From the sequence record SRR33789315_82: DNA of 20,322 nucleotides; one strand, given 5' to 3'. Below, in pieces: positions 17,978 to 20,322 of this stretch; position 1 is the stretch's first letter, and each line of letters starts with the position of its first letter. Both the position numbers and the translations under genes were made by a program. Below the pieces are notes generated by a model that saw only the letters and a program-made list of their open reading frames with translations, did no database searches and was not told where the DNA came from.

Positions 17978-19666
17978 ATGTTTGACATTGCAGTTTTAAA
18001 AGCCAAAAAACTTCCTGAATTACAGGATATGGCAAATGAAATGGGTATTCCCAAATTCAAATCACTTAAGAAATTAGATTTAGTATATAAAATACTAGAT
18101 TACCAAGCTACTAATCCTATTGCAGTTAAAGAAATCGTTGAGGATAAAACCAAAACAGAAATCACACCTGCAAAAGAAGAGATTAGAGAAGCGCCTAAAA
18201 GAGATATCCCACGAAAAGGTAGACCAAGAAAGGTTATTCCAGCAAAGCCTAATCCTACAGAAAACAAGCCTGTAGAGAATACTTCAGAGAAAAGTCCTGT
18301 TACTAGCAATGTAACCAGAACTGAAACTTCGCCAGGAAAACCTAAATTTAGAAAAGAAAATACGTCAGGAAATAACAATCCTAACGCAGCAACAAAAAAT
18401 AGCAAACAAACCGACGCTGTTGATTCTAAAAAAAATGGGAATACCAATAACAATCCTAGAAGCAACAAAAACACCAACAATAATCCTCGCAGCAATAATT
18501 CTAACGGGAATAAGGATGTAAGAAATAGATATCGTGAACCCGATTATGAATTTGACGGAATTATTGAAAGTGAAGGTGTTCTAGACATTATGCAGGATGG
18601 ATATGGTTTTCTGAGATCTTCAGATTACAATTATCTATCTTCTCCAGATGATATTTATGTATCTCAATCTCAAATTCGTTTATTTGGGCTTAAAACAGGT
18701 GATACTGTTCTAGGTGTTATTAGACCTCCAAAAGAAGGAGAAAAGTATTTTCCGCTTATTAAAGTGATTAAAATTAATGGTCTCGATCCTAATGTAGTAC
18801 GTGATCGGGTATCATTTGAGCATCTTACTCCACTTTTCCCTACAGAAAAATTCAACATAGCAGATAGACAAAGCACCATATCAACTCGGATTATGGACAT
18901 ATTTGCTCCCATAGGAAAAGGGCAACGTGGAATGATTGTTTCACAGCCTAAAACGGGTAAAACTATGTTACTTAAGGATGTAGCAAATGCTATTGCTGCA
19001 AATCATCCTGAAGTATATCAAATGATACTTTTAATAGACGAAAGACCTGAAGAAGTAACAGATATGCAACGTCACGTTAAAGGCGAAGTAATTGCTTCTA
19101 CCTTTGACAAAGAAGCGCACGAACATGTACGTGTTGCAAATATCGTTCTAGAGAAAGCTAAAAGACTTGTAGAATGTGGTCATGATGTAGTTATTCTTTT
19201 AGATTCTATTACACGACTTGCACGTGCTTATAACACAGTTCAACCAGCTTCTGGTAAAATACTAAGTGGTGGTGTTGATGCAAATGCCTTACACAAACCA
19301 AAAAGATTTTTTGGTGCTGCGCGAAATATTGAAGGAGGCGGATCACTGACTATTCTTGCTACTGCACTTACAGATACAGGTTCAAAAATGGATGAAGTGA
19401 TTTTTGAAGAATTTAAAGGTACAGGTAACATGGAACTTCAACTAGACCGTAAGATCGCAAACCGTAGAATTTTCCCTGCAATTGATCTTACTTCTTCTAG
19501 TACAAGACGAGATGATCTACTATTAAGCGAACCTACGATAAAACGTATGTGGGTAATGCGCAAATACCTAGCAGATATGAATCCTGTAGAAGCTATGGAA
19601 TTTATGAGCGATAGAATAAAACAAACCAGAAACAACGAAGAATTTCTAGTTTCTATGAATGGATAG
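17978..19666 (+). CDS. rho: Transcription termination factor Rho with a long N-terminal insertion
   Basis: N-terminal helical bundle, RNA-binding GYGFLR and [19 protein letters not shown], Walker [41 protein letters not shown]. Confidence 0.98.
   Translation: MFDIAVLKAKKLPELQDMANEMGIPKFKSLKKLDLVYKILDYQATNPIAVKEIVEDKTKTEITPAKEEIREAPKRDIPRKGRPRKVIPAKPNPTENKPVENTSEKSPVTSNVTRTETSPGKPKFRKENTSGNNNPNAATKNSKQTDAVDSKKNGNTNNNPRSNKNTNNNPRSNNSNGNKDVRNRYREPDYEFDGIIESEGVLDIMQDGYGFLRSSDYNYLSSPDDIYVSQSQIRLFGLKTGDTVLGVIRPPKEGEKYFPLIKVIKINGLDPNVVRDRVSFEHLTPLFPTEKFNIADRQSTISTRIMDIFAPIGKGQRGMIVSQPKTGKTMLLKDVANAIAANHPEVYQMILLIDERPEEVTDMQRHVKGEVIASTFDKEAHEHVRVANIVLEKAKRLVECGHDVVILLDSITRLARAYNTVQPASGKILSGGVDANALHKPKRFFGAARNIEGGGSLTILATALTDTGSKMDEVIFEEFKGTGNMELQLDRKIANRRIFPAIDLTSSSTRRDDLLLSEPTIKRMWVMRKYLADMNPVEAMEFMSDRIKQTRNNEEFLVSMNG
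18440..18496 (+). repeat. In-frame tandem repeat with 30-bp period encoding NTNNNPRSN twice, inside rho
   Basis: aat acc aat aac aat cct aga agc aac (18440) versus aac acc aac aat aat cct cgc agc aat (18470). Confidence 0.85.
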
Positions 19667-19695
19667 AACAAACTATTCCATATAATACATATTGT

Positions 19696-19736
19696 AATTA
19701 AAAAGCCTTCCAGGAATTCTGGAAGGCTTTTTAATT
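19696..19736. terminator. Bidirectional intrinsic terminator downstream of rho
   Basis: Perfect 18-bp inverted repeat AATTAAAAAGCCTTCCAG / CTGGAAGGCTTTTTAATT with a 5-nt loop and T5 on both strands. Confidence 0.88.
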
Positions 19737-19774
19737 TAATGATACTTTTGTTTGGTTCACTAAAAATAGAACAC

Positions 19775-19815
19775 AAAAAGAACGCCTTGACATTAACAAC
19801 ATCAAGGCGTTCTTT
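19775..19815 (-). terminator. Second terminator-like hairpin downstream of rpsT
   Basis: 14-bp inverted repeat AAAGAACGCCTTGA / TCAAGGCGTTCTTT, extendable by G-U pairs only on the minus strand, with T5 on minus. Confidence 0.7.
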
Positions 19816-19840
19816 ATATTCAACCAATTATATAACCAAC

Positions 19841-19871
19841 AAAAAAATGCGCCAATATACTAATAGCGCAT
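19841..19871 (-). terminator. Proximal intrinsic terminator of rpsT
   Basis: Minus strand ATGCGCTA..TGGCGCAT stem running into T7, 20 nt after the rpsT stop. Confidence 0.7.
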
Positions 19872-19891
19872 AAATTTATATACTACAAATA

Positions 19892-20143
19892 TTATAATGC
19901 AGCAATATGCTTAGCTAAACCTGATTTTAGGTTAGCCGCTTTATTAGCATGAATAACATTTTTCTTTGCTAATTTATCAATCATAGACGTTACAGAAACA
20001 TAAAGAGTTTCAGCTTCTGTTTTATCTTCAGACTCACGTAATTTTTTAATCGCATTACGAGTAGTCTTGTGTTGATACTTATTTCTCAGCTTTTTAGCTT
20101 CGTTACTTCTAATCCTTTTTAAAGATGACTTATGATTTGCCAT
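19892..20143 (-). CDS. rpsT: 30S ribosomal protein S20
   Basis: [12 protein letters not shown]...[15 protein letters not shown]...[20 protein letters not shown]; 83 aa, basic. Confidence 0.97.
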   Translation of the reverse strand: MANHKSSLKRIRSNEAKKLRNKYQHKTTRNAIKKLRESEDKTEAETLYVSVTSMIDKLAKKNVIHANKAANLKSGLAKHIAAL

Positions 20144-20165
20144 TATATTATTTTTATTAAAATTG

Positions 20166-20237
20166 TAGCCCGTAGGGGAGTCGAACCCCTCTTACCAGGA
20201 TGAAAACCTGGCGTCCTAGCCGATAGACGAACGGGCC
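20166..20237 (-). tRNA. tRNA-Glu (UUC), 72 nt, CCA not encoded
   Basis: GGCCCGT/ACGGGCT acceptor, GTCT/GGAC D-stem, CCAGG-TTTTCAT-CCTGG anticodon arm, AGGGG-TTCGACT-CCCCT T arm, discriminator A. Confidence 0.97.
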
Positions 20238-20263
20238 ATTATGTCAATGCGCAATTAAGTTTG

Positions 20264-20322
20264 TAGTCCGTAGGGGAATCGAACCCCTGTTACCAGGATG
20301 AAAACCTGGCGTCCTAACCCCT
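20264..20322 (-). tRNA. tRNA-Glu (UUC), second copy, 5' ~13 nt outside the window
   Basis: Identical anticodon arm, AGGGG-TTCGATT-CCCCT T arm, 3' acceptor strand ACGGACT-A. Confidence 0.93.

Noticed and set aside
18100..19827. Minus-strand ORFs opposite rho, including the hydrophobic 131-aa ORF 18100-18495 and 19438-19827
   Set aside because: The Leu/Phe/Val richness mirrors the A-rich Lys/Asn codons of the Rho insertion; 19438-19827 runs through terminator hairpins and into rho.
20166..20322. Repeated tRNA sequence as an integration (att) site duplication
   Set aside because: The copies differ with structure-consistent changes, lie 26 nt apart, and no integrase or cargo is present.

Overview
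Flavobacteriaceae-like (Bacteroidota) chromosomal segment with two parts. Left (1-12625) is the distal end of a glucuronoxylan/xylose-hexuronate utilisation locus: a 5'-truncated GH3 glycosidase, uxaC-kdgK-eda, a TRAP transporter (dctPQM), a LacI-family regulator, and a divergent xylB-xylA-xylE operon with a TAnnTTTG promoter and a palindromic LacI-type operator. Right (13401-20322) is housekeeping: diadenylate cyclase, an ABC half-transporter, truA, a metallophosphoesterase, DUF4293, rho (with a long Asn-rich disordered insertion), rpsT and two tandem tRNA-Glu(UUC) genes. Between them is an AT-rich ~830 bp interval holding a 49-aa, strongly cationic ORF on the minus strand that the ORF track missed. 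No mobile element, CRISPR array or defence system is evident, and I cannot support a claim of a wholly new multi-gene system. The best leads are the small ORF and its structured leader, LacI control of the xylose operon, the Rho insertion repeat and the divergent tRNA-Glu pair.
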